From contig JBAYJV010000002.1 of NCBI GenBank assembly GCA_041664925.1, positions 200,302 through 264,301 on the forward strand: a DNA stretch of 64,000 bases. Direction: 5' to 3'. Each line of letters opens with the position of its first letter. Position 1 is the first letter of the stretch. Shown here one piece after another: positions 20,877 through 29,823 of the stretch. The position numbers and the translations under genes were made by a program. The stretch is from Minisyncoccota bacterium. GTDB lineage: Bacteria; Patescibacteriota; Minisyncoccia; JBAYJV01. The notes beneath the pieces are model-generated. The model worked only from the letters and a program-made list of their open reading frames with translations, had not been told where the DNA came from and made no database searches.

Positions 20877-21177
20877 TTGGAGGCTGGAGGAAGGACTTAA
20901 GACGTTGAGTCAGCGGTCTTCCTCCCTGCCTTTTCAAGAAAGATGTTCTCTTGTGAGAGTACACAGCGGTTTGTTGGACTGCTAGTGTGGCTACGGGTAG
21001 TTTGTGGTATCGGCTGCACGATAATAGGCCTTGCAGTCTGGCAGTACTGCGTAGTTTAGGTGCTCTCTGTCGAGAGAACAGAGAAACTGGCACAGAGCCA
21101 GTTCGCGTGTCCTGCAGGGGGCATACCTCTGCTGATGACTGCAGGGGGGTTGACGTCGAGTCAGCCCCTCTTTTTTT
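20877..21177 (+). ncRNA. candidate structured ncRNA 2 (related to ncRNA 1)
   Basis: TTGACA(20844)/TGnTATAGT(20866) promoter, GC-rich hairpin array, terminator 21144-21177. Confidence 0.6.
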
Positions 21178-21263
21178 AATTTCGTCGCTGAATATAGTGA
21201 AGCGAAACGAAATTAAAACCCGCTGAAGCCCTGCCTGCGGCAGGCAGGTTACGCGTAGGCGGG
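21178..21263. repeat. composite REP-like element (homolog at 18064-18152)
   Basis: CCGCTGAAGC[CCTGCCTGCGGCAGGCAGG]TTACGCGTAGGCGG preceded by a TAATTTCG..CGAAATTA hairpin. Confidence 0.85.
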
Positions 21264-21485
21264 TATTTTTGTTTTTTTTAAACCGTAAAGATTATTCTAA
21301 GTTTTTCCTACAAAACCTTACGAAGTCGGACTTCGTAATCATTGACAAAAATGCAGAACATAGTAGGATTATAGAGTTCTTTGATAAAATAAAAAGTAGT
21401 CCCGCACCAGAGCACAGCACGGTGCGGGATTTAAGGGTTTGCAAGACTCGTAAACTCGTCAACAACCCCTAAAGGAGGACATAAA

Positions 21486-22034
21486 ATGCTCGGACGGATT
21501 GTAAAGTTTCCCGATGACTTTGAAATCTTGCCAAAATTTAAGAACGGGAATCTTCCAAGATTAATCGCAAGTTCTCTTCCTTATTATGTTCGTTTATTGG
21601 CAAGAATTTTTCCTGAAGAATGGCGATATCAAAAAATTGAAGTTGACGGACATGTCTTCCATTTAGCTTTCGATACTAAGTGGGAAATTCATTCCGAACC
21701 AGAACATTCGCCGTCTGCTGAATCAATGGCTGAATATCATGCCAGAGTTGATGGTGTTCCTGGTTTCTTGCTAGGATCGTTAGGTTGCAACAGCCATACA
21801 TCGAATCATTGGCACAAACTTGGAGGAGAGCATTACTTTCTTATTGCTGGCAAAGGCGAAGTTTGTTGCGTAAACCGTCCTCAGAAACTTACTGTTCCTG
21901 GAAGAAGCCAGGCTTATGTCGGCACCGCAGGAGGACCTAAAGGATTTCATCCAGTTCTTACAACTGATCAGTCACTCTTGGTTGTCATTCTAATGGAGCA
22001 AGGTCTTGATCGAAGTGATCATCATTATTTATAG
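21486..22034 (+). CDS. cupin-like hypothetical protein
   Basis: TSNHWH...EHYFLIAGKG...FHPV cupin metal motif; AAAGGAGG SD. Confidence 0.7.
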   Translation: MLGRIVKFPDDFEILPKFKNGNLPRLIASSLPYYVRLLARIFPEEWRYQKIEVDGHVFHLAFDTKWEIHSEPEHSPSAESMAEYHARVDGVPGFLLGSLGCNSHTSNHWHKLGGEHYFLIAGKGEVCCVNRPQKLTVPGRSQAYVGTAGGPKGFHPVLTTDQSLLVVILMEQGLDRSDHHYL

Positions 22035-22103
22035 AACTATTGACACAGGAAAAAGAAATGATAGTCTGTGATTAGTTCTGGTTAAAAGTCTAAGGAGGGC
22101 TAT

Positions 22104-22367
22104 ATGTCGAAACTAGTACTCGTAAAAGTTGTGGATCTCACTTCTCAAAAAGGACATTCGTTCACAAGACAATACCTTGCTGAAATATCCGACGGTAAAA
22201 GCTTAGTAGAATTACGAGAGCAAATTCAAACTGCCCTAGAAGATGAACTTCCTGGTAAAAATATTTACGTTGAGATATGGTGCTCAGATCGCATTTCTGA
22301 GGCTATTGATAAAATTGATGGCATTAAGGTCTCTCAAGAAATCGAAATCACTATTGAAGATAGATAA
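22104..22367 (+). CDS. hypothetical protein
   Basis: Own TTGACA promoter (22040), AAGGAGG SD, terminator AGGCGCC-cgcaa-GGCGCCT. Confidence 0.75.
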   Translation: MSKLVLVKVVDLTSQKGHSFTRQYLAEISDGKSLVELREQIQTALEDELPGKNIYVEIWCSDRISEAIDKIDGIKVSQEIEITIEDR

Positions 22368-22526
22368 GTTAATAAGGCGCCCGCAAGGCGCCTCTTTTTT
22401 CTTGATTTAAAACTTTCATAATGTAAACTTAAAGAATAAAATCAGAAATAAAAAACGATAGAATATCTAAAATTTTTAATTTTACATTGTAATTTTTCAC
22501 TTTTCATTTTGAACTTTTAACTTTAC

Positions 22527-24056
22527 ATGGAATATAGTAATGTCTTTTTAAATTCCGAAGTCCATCCCAATAAATCAAAGCGTGTTAAATTGATTGAAAC
22601 TCATATTTCGAAGGTTTATTTGACGGATAAGTTTGTTTATAAAACTAAAAAACCAGTAGATTTTGGTTTTTGCAATTTTAGAGCACTTAAAAAAAGAAAA
22701 TTTTATTGTGAAGAAGAAATCCGGTTGAACAAAAGATTATGTCCAGAATTATATTTAGGAATTGTTCCTTTATACGAAATACAAGGCACGAAATACGAAA
22801 TAATCGATTATGCCGTAAAAATGAAACGGCTTCCAGAAAAAAATCTTCTCGCAAATTCCTTAAATATTTTAAACGAAAATCGCGTTAAAAAGTTAGCACA
22901 AATTATTGCAAAATTTCACAAAAATAATATTGAAGCGCCTTTTAATATTAAAGTTAATTCTTTTAAAAATGTCAAGCGCAACTGGCAAGAAAATTTTGAG
23001 CAGACAAAGTTATTTATTAATTCAACAATTAATCAGAAACAATTTGATTTCATTAGAAAAAGAGTTGAAAGTTTTATATTAAACAAAAAAGACCTCTTTC
23101 AAAAAAGAATTGCTAATCACAAAATCCGCGAAGGGCACGGAGATCTTCATACTGGCAATATCTTTTTTTACAAAAATAATTTCTATATTTTTGATGCTAT
23201 CGAATTTAATGAAAGGTTTCGTTTTGAAGATATAACCTCAGATCTTGCCTTCATTTTAATGGATTTGGAATTCCATAATTATTCGGATTTGAGCAGAATT
23301 ATTTTGAACAAATATTTATCCTTAACAAAAGACAAAGAATTGCTCTTGTTGATCAATTTTTATAAATGCTATCGTGCTTATGTTAGAGGAAAAATTTTAA
23401 GTTTTCAGACTAAAAACCAAAATCTTTCTTTAAATCAAAGAAAAAAAATTAAAATCACTGCGAAAAAATATTTTGCCTTGGCGCACGACTACGCAACTCA
23501 AGTTTTCCCCAAACCAATATTTTTAATTATGTGCGGCTTCACCGGATCCGGAAAAACCCATCTTTCCCAATTATTAAATCAAAGACTTGGCTTAAAGATG
23601 ATTCAGTCTGATGTTGTATTAAAAAAATCAGTCGGACTTGAGCCTCAAACCCGCAAATATCTAAAATTTGAACAGGGAATTTTCAGTCAAAAATCAAGAG
23701 ATAAAAATTATCTCCGCATGGTAAATTTGGCTGAAAAAAATCTCAAACAAAATCAGGGTGTTGTTTTAGATGCCAGTTTTATTTATAGGCGTTGGCGCAA
23801 TTTGGCAGAAATGATGGCAGAAAACCTTAATATTCCTTACTTAATTGTTCACTGCCAAGTACCGAAAAATATTATTTCAGAAAGATTAAAAACTCGCGCA
23901 AAAAATGATCTTGTGTCTGATGGAAGGCCTTATATTTATGAAAACCAAAAAAAGGTTTTTGAAAATTTTACTAAAAAAGAAAAAGTGCTTAGAATAGATA
24001 CTACAGAAAATTTCGATAAAATTCTTAGAAAAATTTTAACAGTTATAAAAATTTAA
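22527..24056 (+). CDS. APH/kinase-like domain fused to AAA_33 P-loop kinase (Rv2004c-like)
   Basis: ETHIS, KKPVDFGF, EEIRLNKRL, REGHGDLH.GNI, DAIEFN; C-terminal GFTGSGKT, VVLDASF. Confidence 0.9.
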   Translation: MEYSNVFLNSEVHPNKSKRVKLIETHISKVYLTDKFVYKTKKPVDFGFCNFRALKKRKFYCEEEIRLNKRLCPELYLGIVPLYEIQGTKYEIIDYAVKMKRLPEKNLLANSLNILNENRVKKLAQIIAKFHKNNIEAPFNIKVNSFKNVKRNWQENFEQTKLFINSTINQKQFDFIRKRVESFILNKKDLFQKRIANHKIREGHGDLHTGNIFFYKNNFYIFDAIEFNERFRFEDITSDLAFILMDLEFHNYSDLSRIILNKYLSLTKDKELLLLINFYKCYRAYVRGKILSFQTKNQNLSLNQRKKIKITAKKYFALAHDYATQVFPKPIFLIMCGFTGSGKTHLSQLLNQRLGLKMIQSDVVLKKSVGLEPQTRKYLKFEQGIFSQKSRDKNYLRMVNLAEKNLKQNQGVVLDASFIYRRWRNLAEMMAENLNIPYLIVHCQVPKNIISERLKTRAKNDLVSDGRPYIYENQKKVFENFTKKEKVLRIDTTENFDKILRKILTVIKI

Positions 24057-24073
24057 TTTATTAGTATAAACCT

Positions 24074-25330
24074 ATGCAAAAATATATTGTCAAAGATATA
24101 AAACTAGCAAGTCAGGGTGAAAAAAATGCTCTTTGGGCAAAAAGTCAAATGCAAGCGCTTATGGCAGTTAAAAAACGTTTTGAAAAAGAAAAACCTTTCA
24201 AAAACATAAGCATTGGAATGGCGCTCCATATTACCAAGGAAACCGCTATGCTTGTTGAAACTCTGATCGCTGGTGGCGCAAAAGTCGCTATTGCATCTTG
24301 TAATCCATTAAGTACTCAAGATGATATTGCTGCCTATTTAGCAAAAAAAGGCGTAGCCGTTTTTGGTTATAAAGGCGAAACAACCAAAGAATATTATACC
24401 TATATTGAAAATGTCATAAAAACTACGCCTGATTTAACTATTGATGATGGTTGCGACTTGGTGTCAATAATTCATTCAGAACATAAAGCATTGCTCAAAA
24501 ATATTATCGGTGGCACAGAAGAGACAACAACTGGCGTTATCCGTCTTCGCGCCATGGAAAAAGATCAGGCGCTTAAATATCCGGTAATTGCAGTTAATGA
24601 TAATTTAACAAAACATTTGTTTGATAATTATTATGGAACAGGCCAGTCAACCTTTGATGGAATTTTGCGTGCATCCAATATTTTATTTGCTGGAAAAATT
24701 GTTGTCGTTGTGGGTTACGGCGATTGCGGCAGAGGAGTGGCGCTTCGAGCAAAAGGATTAGGATCACAAGTCATTGTGACTGAAATTAATCCTTTGCGAG
24801 CGCTTCAAGCTCGTTTTGATGGTTATGAAGTTATGGCTTTTGAAGATGCCGCTAAAATCGGTGATGTCTTTATTACGGTTACCGGTAATAAACATGTTAT
24901 CCGCAAAGAGCATTTTCCTTTAATGAAAGATGGCGCTGTCCTGGCAAATTCTGGTCATTTTAATGTTGAAATTGATTTGGGGTCACTTCAGAAAATCGCT
25001 AAAAGTGTAAAAAGAATTAGACCGTCTTTGGAAGAATATACGCTTAAAAATAACAAAAAAATCTATGTTGCTGCTGAGGGACGATTAGTTAATCTCGCCG
25101 CCGCTGAAGGTCATCCTTCAACCGTAATGAGTTTATCTTTTTGTGGACAAGCGTTGGCTGCCGAATATTTAGTAAAAAATAAAGGCAAACTCAAAAGCCA
25201 AGTCTACGTTCTTCCAAAAGACATAGATCAAAAAATTGCCAAACTCCAACTAGATGTTATGGGAATTGAAATCGATAAACTGACGCCCGAACAAAAGAAA
25301 TATCTTAATGATTGGCAACAAGGAACTTGA
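24074..25330 (+). CDS. ahcY: adenosylhomocysteinase
   Basis: LHITKET, SCNPLSTQD, DDGCD, EETTTG, KHLFDNYYGTGQS, GRLVNL, GHPS. Confidence 0.96.
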   Translation: MQKYIVKDIKLASQGEKNALWAKSQMQALMAVKKRFEKEKPFKNISIGMALHITKETAMLVETLIAGGAKVAIASCNPLSTQDDIAAYLAKKGVAVFGYKGETTKEYYTYIENVIKTTPDLTIDDGCDLVSIIHSEHKALLKNIIGGTEETTTGVIRLRAMEKDQALKYPVIAVNDNLTKHLFDNYYGTGQSTFDGILRASNILFAGKIVVVVGYGDCGRGVALRAKGLGSQVIVTEINPLRALQARFDGYEVMAFEDAAKIGDVFITVTGNKHVIRKEHFPLMKDGAVLANSGHFNVEIDLGSLQKIAKSVKRIRPSLEEYTLKNNKKIYVAAEGRLVNLAAAEGHPSTVMSLSFCGQALAAEYLVKNKGKLKSQVYVLPKDIDQKIAKLQLDVMGIEIDKLTPEQKKYLNDWQQGT

Positions 25331-25455
25331 TTAGAAACTCTTAATGAATTTTGTGAATTTAGAGTTTCTATCACCCCGCACCGTGCTTTGCTCTGGTGCG
25401 GGGTAAAAGCTTTGAATTTTGAATTTTGAATTTTAAACTTTAAATTTATCTTACA

Positions 25456-25806
25456 TTGCTTTTTAAAAAACCCAAAAACGACGATGCGACTGTTTGGACT
25501 ACTCATGTAATTGAAAAGATGATCTATTATGGTTTATCAGAAAATAAAGTTAGAAATGTTTTGTGGCGCCCAGCGCGGACCGAAGAGGGGATTGCTCCAG
25601 ATACAATTGCTGTCATGCAGCCATATGGCTCATCAAAAAAACCAAAAGAAATTTGGGTAATGTATCAAAACTTCACGCATCAAAACAAAAAAAAGCGCTG
25701 TATTATTAGCGCTTGGCGTTATCCAGCGGTCAGCCCCAAAGGAAAAGAAATTTATATTCCCAACGATGTTCAAGAACTTTTGGCAAAAATCAGACAAAAC
25801 TCTTGA
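25456..25806 (+). CDS. hypothetical protein, DUF4258/BrnT-like fold possible
   Basis: WTTHVIEKM...LSENKVRNVL..P...EEG, IISAWRY; TTG start uncertain. Confidence 0.65.
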   Translation: MLFKKPKNDDATVWTTHVIEKMIYYGLSENKVRNVLWRPARTEEGIAPDTIAVMQPYGSSKKPKEIWVMYQNFTHQNKKKRCIISAWRYPAVSPKGKEIYIPNDVQELLAKIRQNS

Positions 25807-25835
25807 CAAATAATTAAAAAGGAGTATAATGGAAT

Positions 25836-26109
25836 AAATATCTGATAATGTGATATGATAGAAGTATAGAGGGCAAAAGAGGTCTCAGTCCCGTTTTCCT
25901 TGGCAGACAATGCTTTTCGCAGTAAAAATGACGGGGTGGCAGCGGTACGTAACGCGCCTCTTGCATGGTCCAAAAGACCCGTTGTCTGTCTAGCTCTCTC
26001 AAGAAGAAAGCCACTCGTTGGGTCGTCAGCGAGCGTAGGTTAGTGGATAGGGAAAAAGTAAAGAAAGCCCGATTCCGCGAAGCCAGGTACGACAACCCTG
26101 GCTTTTTTT
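25836..26109 (+). ncRNA. candidate structured ncRNA 3
   Basis: TTGACA(25803)/TATAAT(25825), 11-bp long-range helix 25902-25912/25980-25990, terminator AGCCAGG..CCTGGCT-TTTTTT; longest ATG ORF seen is 27 codons with no SD. Confidence 0.55.
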
Positions 26110-26112
26110 ATT

Positions 26113-26181
26113 ACTTGTGGTGAGCTTGCCTGTGGTGAGTTTATCGAATCCATCGCCTGCCTGCCGGTAGGCAGGAACCAT
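26113..26181. repeat. nested REP-like element with 20-bp CCTGCCTGCCGGTAGGCAGG insertion
   Basis: Matches the reverse complement of 55866-55913 except for the 20-bp insert at 26156-26175. Confidence 0.9.
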
Positions 26182-26245
26182 TGACAAAAAATAATTGTTT
26201 GATAGTATATAAGGGCTTATCCATAGTGAAAGAATAAGGAGGAAA

Positions 26246-26557
26246 ATGTCTGAAGTAACAGGGATAGTAGCCGTTCTTTTTGAGCGATTTGCTGGTAAGG
26301 GTTTTGCTCCACTGTTTAGCGTTACAATTGAAGCTCCTTTAGGAACTAATGCCTTTGGGATCAAGCAAAAGTTTGAAGCTGATCATTCTAAGTTCATTGG
26401 AATTATTTCACTTGACGCAGTTGATCAAAAGAAACTTAGAATCTTTTGCCTGATTGACGGTGTTGATTTGGTAGATGAAGCATGTGAAGCATTATTGGCA
26501 ACAATAAATTTTTTAAGAACCAATCCTCTGACAGATAAATATCCCGAAGAAGGATAA
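26246..26557 (+). CDS. hypothetical protein
   Basis: Own promoter, AAGGAGG SD, terminator TCCCCGACAAT..ATTGTCGGGGA. Confidence 0.75.
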   Translation: MSEVTGIVAVLFERFAGKGFAPLFSVTIEAPLGTNAFGIKQKFEADHSKFIGIISLDAVDQKKLRIFCLIDGVDLVDEACEALLATINFLRTNPLTDKYPEEG

Positions 26558-26633
26558 GAACAATTCCCCCGACAATAAAATTGTCGGGGATTTTTTCTAA
26601 TTTGACAACAATCTTAGAAGAGTTAAAATGATA

Positions 26634-26775
26634 GTGGCGAGGGGTGCGAGCCTCACGCCACGGAGCCTCAGTGTTCTGTGGCCGGCGAGAGTGGAGACTT
26701 GCCGGCCAGAATTGAATGTCCGATTAGAATCGGACTATAGAGGCGGCTAACTAAAAATTAGCCGCCGTTTTTTTT
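26634..26775 (+). ncRNA. candidate structured ncRNA 4 or attenuator
   Basis: TTGACA(26602)/TAAAAT(26624), three GC-rich hairpins, terminator GGCGGCTAA..TTAGCCGCC-G-T9. Confidence 0.6.
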
Positions 26776-26977
26776 GTTGACATTTATTAATTTTTCTTTA
26801 AACTGAAAATGCATGAAAAGATATGAGTAAAGTTCTTTAAAAAATCCTTCGACTTCACTCAGGACAAATTCCTTCGACAAGAGCCCGCCTACGCTCTTCG
26901 TAAACTTAGAGCTATGGCGGGGCGTAAGATTTTGTAAGTTTCGCTACGCTCACCAACAAATTCTAACGGAGGCAAAG

Positions 26978-28192
26978 ATGAACAGATTCGTATCGCAAAG
27001 GGCAAAGTACCTAAAAAGATCAGCAATTCGAGAATTACTCAAACTAACAGAGGAACCGGGCATTATCTCTTTTGCAGGAGGATTGCCTGATCCAGAGACT
27101 TTTCCTAACGAGAAACTTGCTGATATAGCATTTCGCCTGCTTAGAGAAAAATCTTCGAGAGTCCTTCAATACGGAACTACCGAAGGCAGTAATACCTTGC
27201 GCAATGCCTGCGTTTTATGGCTAGCGTCTCAGGGTATCCATATTACCAGAGATCAAATCCTCATAACCGCATCGTCTCAGCAAGGACTAGATCTTTTGTC
27301 TAAGGCTTTTTTGGATCCGGATGATGTTGTTTTTGTTGATTTGCCGACATATATAGGCGCACTTCAGGCATTTGGTCTTTTTCAAGCTCATATAGTTGGA
27401 ATTCCTATGGAAAAAGATGGCATGAATCTAACAATTCTAGAATCCAGAATTGTAGAAGCAAAAAGATCTGGAAAGCGCACTAAGGGAATTTATGTCGTAC
27501 CTGATTTCCAAAATCCAAGTGGCATTACGATGAGTTTAGAAAAGAGAACTCAACTGCTTGAAATTGCTAGAACCCACGACTTGCTCGTCTTTGAAGATAA
27601 TCCTTATGGAGAGCTTCGCTTCACGGGTGAATCAATTCCTTCAATTCGTTCTTTTGATGTTGATGGCCGAGTCATAATGCTTCTTTCTTTCTCAAAAATT
27701 TTGGCTGCTGGTCTAAGATTAGGTATCCTTATTGCCGATGGCGAACTAATGGAAACGCTAGTTCGCGTAAAACAACCGACAGATCTTTGCACTTCAAGAT
27801 ACATCCAACACTTAGCAGCAGGCTATCTTAATAGCGGTGAAATGGATGGTCATCTTTCGTTAATTCGCAGATGTTATGGTGAAAAATGCGAAGCGATGGT
27901 TGCTGCCCTTAAGGCACATATGCCCAAAAGCAGAGACATAAAATGGACTGAGCCTGAAGGCGGACTCTTCCTTTTCCTGACACTGCCGGAAAGAATTGAC
28001 GCCGAAGCAATGCTTGAAAGAGCAGTTGCCAGAAAAGTTGCCTATGTTCCAGGATATTTCTTTTATCCTGACGGAAGCGGAAGAAACACCGCAAGACTTT
28101 CTTTCTCAGTTAACACTTTAGAAGAAATACATGAAGGCATTGGAAGACTTGCGGAAGTTGTCGAAGCGGAAATTGCCAATCAAAAACTTTAA
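26978..28192 (+). CDS. PLP-dependent class I/II aminotransferase (LysN/ARO8-like)
   Basis: SAIRELLK, ISFAGGLP, QYGTTEG, PDFQNPSG, EDNPYGEL, SFSKIL, RLSFS. Confidence 0.93.
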   Translation: MNRFVSQRAKYLKRSAIRELLKLTEEPGIISFAGGLPDPETFPNEKLADIAFRLLREKSSRVLQYGTTEGSNTLRNACVLWLASQGIHITRDQILITASSQQGLDLLSKAFLDPDDVVFVDLPTYIGALQAFGLFQAHIVGIPMEKDGMNLTILESRIVEAKRSGKRTKGIYVVPDFQNPSGITMSLEKRTQLLEIARTHDLLVFEDNPYGELRFTGESIPSIRSFDVDGRVIMLLSFSKILAAGLRLGILIADGELMETLVRVKQPTDLCTSRYIQHLAAGYLNSGEMDGHLSLIRRCYGEKCEAMVAALKAHMPKSRDIKWTEPEGGLFLFLTLPERIDAEAMLERAVARKVAYVPGYFFYPDGSGRNTARLSFSVNTLEEIHEGIGRLAEVVEAEIANQKL

Positions 28193-28421
28193 CAACCTAC
28201 AACAGAAAGCATTAGTTTTCTAAGATAAAACATGCCTCGAGAATTGTTCCCGAGGCATTTTTAATTTACAAGATACAAAATACGCAATATATAACACAAA
28301 TATTGACTTTTAATATTTTTATGATTCAATAGAAGTAGTACTTTAAAATATTATATAGTTATCTGTTCTGCACTCTAGAATTCAATAAAACACAGAAACT
28401 TGCTTTGCTCAATGCTGTCCT

Positions 28422-28463
28422 CCTTCGCCAAGCCTGCCTGACGGCAGTCAGGGCTACGGAAGG
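28422..28463. repeat. nested REP-like element
   Basis: CCTTCGCCAAG[CCTGCCTGACGGCAGTCAGG]GCTACGGAAGG. Confidence 0.8.
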
Positions 28464-28520
28464 ACATAAGAGCTTCTAATCCTCACTTCGTTCAGTGAGA
28501 ATCTCTAATGGAGGTGAAAA

Positions 28521-29588
28521 GTGTTTACAATCACACCGTCGCAAGTAAGAAATTTTTTGATGTGTCCTTATTTGTACAAACTTTCAAGAGAAGAAAGGCC
28601 AAGAATCTTAGTGCCGACTTCTCCAAAAGCTGTTCTAGGAGAAGCGCTCCATGATGCTGTTAACCGTTTTCTTTACCAAATTCTCAACGACAATCCCCGG
28701 ATGAAAAAGCTTAGGCAGAAACGACTGGCTGAAGGAAAAAATGATAGGTACTTTTATCTTACTTCTTCTGGATTCCTTAAATTCTGCGCTGGATTGATTA
28801 TTGCTTCACTAGAAGGAGAGTCTTCTACTTCTCATCTTGTGAGAAATAAAAGACCAATTCGTTGGCCAGAAGATGCAAGTCCAAAACAAATTGAAGAACT
28901 CAAAGAAAGACTCTTGCTTACAGGGCTTGCAATGGCAAGAGATTATTACATTGCCAACCAAGAAAAACCAGCACCATTCCTTCGCGAACAACCATTGAGA
29001 GCAAGTATTCGTCAAGAAGTCGGTTCTGGAGTAGTACTTTCAGGAAGAATTGATCAAGCTAGAAAAAACAGTTTTGATAGAGTCTATATTATTGATCTTA
29101 AATTCGGATTTGATGGATTTGAATGGCAACTTTCTAAAGCTACAGATGAAGCAACAAGAAAAACAATAGTACTAACCCAGCTTGAAACTGACCCTCAGAT
29201 AATCGCATATTGGATACTTTACGAGAAAAAATACGGTACACCGCCTCATAGAGTTGGATTCTATTACCTCCAAAGTGGCCAATATTATTTCGTTGAGTGT
29301 ACTGCCGGACAGATTGATAACTTCTTTGAGATTATTCGTTCAATCTTGATTTCAGGAGAAAAAGAGAACTTCCCGCCACTTGGAATGTATCATGGATCTT
29401 GTCGCTACTGCGCGTATTCAGGAGCATGTAAGCATTATCAACAAGCAAAAGCAAGAAAAGTTTTTACAATTGAGGAAGCCGAAGAATGTCTACCTCAGTC
29501 AGAGTCTCTAATGAGACAGTTGGAAAATGAATTGAAAGAGATTAATTATGAAGAACAAAGACTAAAACTAACTAGACAGACCCGATAG
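28521..29588 (+). CDS. PD-(D/E)XK nuclease, RecB/AddB/Cas4-like with probable Fe-S cluster
   Basis: TPSQV...CP, G..LH, GRID...IIDLK, Q..AY, C-terminal CRYCAYSGAC. Confidence 0.85.
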   Translation: MFTITPSQVRNFLMCPYLYKLSREERPRILVPTSPKAVLGEALHDAVNRFLYQILNDNPRMKKLRQKRLAEGKNDRYFYLTSSGFLKFCAGLIIASLEGESSTSHLVRNKRPIRWPEDASPKQIEELKERLLLTGLAMARDYYIANQEKPAPFLREQPLRASIRQEVGSGVVLSGRIDQARKNSFDRVYIIDLKFGFDGFEWQLSKATDEATRKTIVLTQLETDPQIIAYWILYEKKYGTPPHRVGFYYLQSGQYYFVECTAGQIDNFFEIIRSILISGEKENFPPLGMYHGSCRYCAYSGACKHYQQAKARKVFTIEEAEECLPQSESLMRQLENELKEINYEEQRLKLTRQTR

Positions 29589-29823
29589 CAAATCGGGTCT
29601 TTTTTTATTGATTGCGTTTTCGAATCCTTCGACAAGCTCAGGATAAATTCCATAAGAAAATACGCAATCAATAACCCGTCCGGAGCCCTGCCGCTAATTC
29701 ATAATTTCTTTAGGCCTTTATAATTAAAATTACTTCAACGAAATGGGTAGCAAAGAATGGCGCAGGAGGGTAATTAATTATATATTTGAATAAATTCTGA
29801 ACTTGTGTTATAAATTAATATAT

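Noticed and set aside
20827-21226. ORF-track entries 20827-21093 (-) and 20987-21226 (+)
   Set aside because: No SD; they cross a promoter, terminator or REP boundary; likely by-products of a GC-rich structured region.
25770-26364. Minus-strand ORFs 25770-25973, 25814-26095 and 26026-26364
   Set aside because: Antisense to a clear plus-strand promoter-terminator unit and the 26246 gene; they read through repeats.
26634-26775. SRP RNA, 6S RNA or tmRNA identity for the ncRNA candidates
   Set aside because: No SRP helix-8 CAGG..GGAA..AGCAG motif, no single long 6S-like rod and no tRNA-like ends recognised by eye; cmscan is still needed.
29607-29672. TTCGAATCC as a tRNA T-loop
   Set aside because: No cloverleaf; it belongs to an ATTGATTGCGT..ACGCAATCAAT repeat with a nested CCTTCGACAAGCTCAGG unit.
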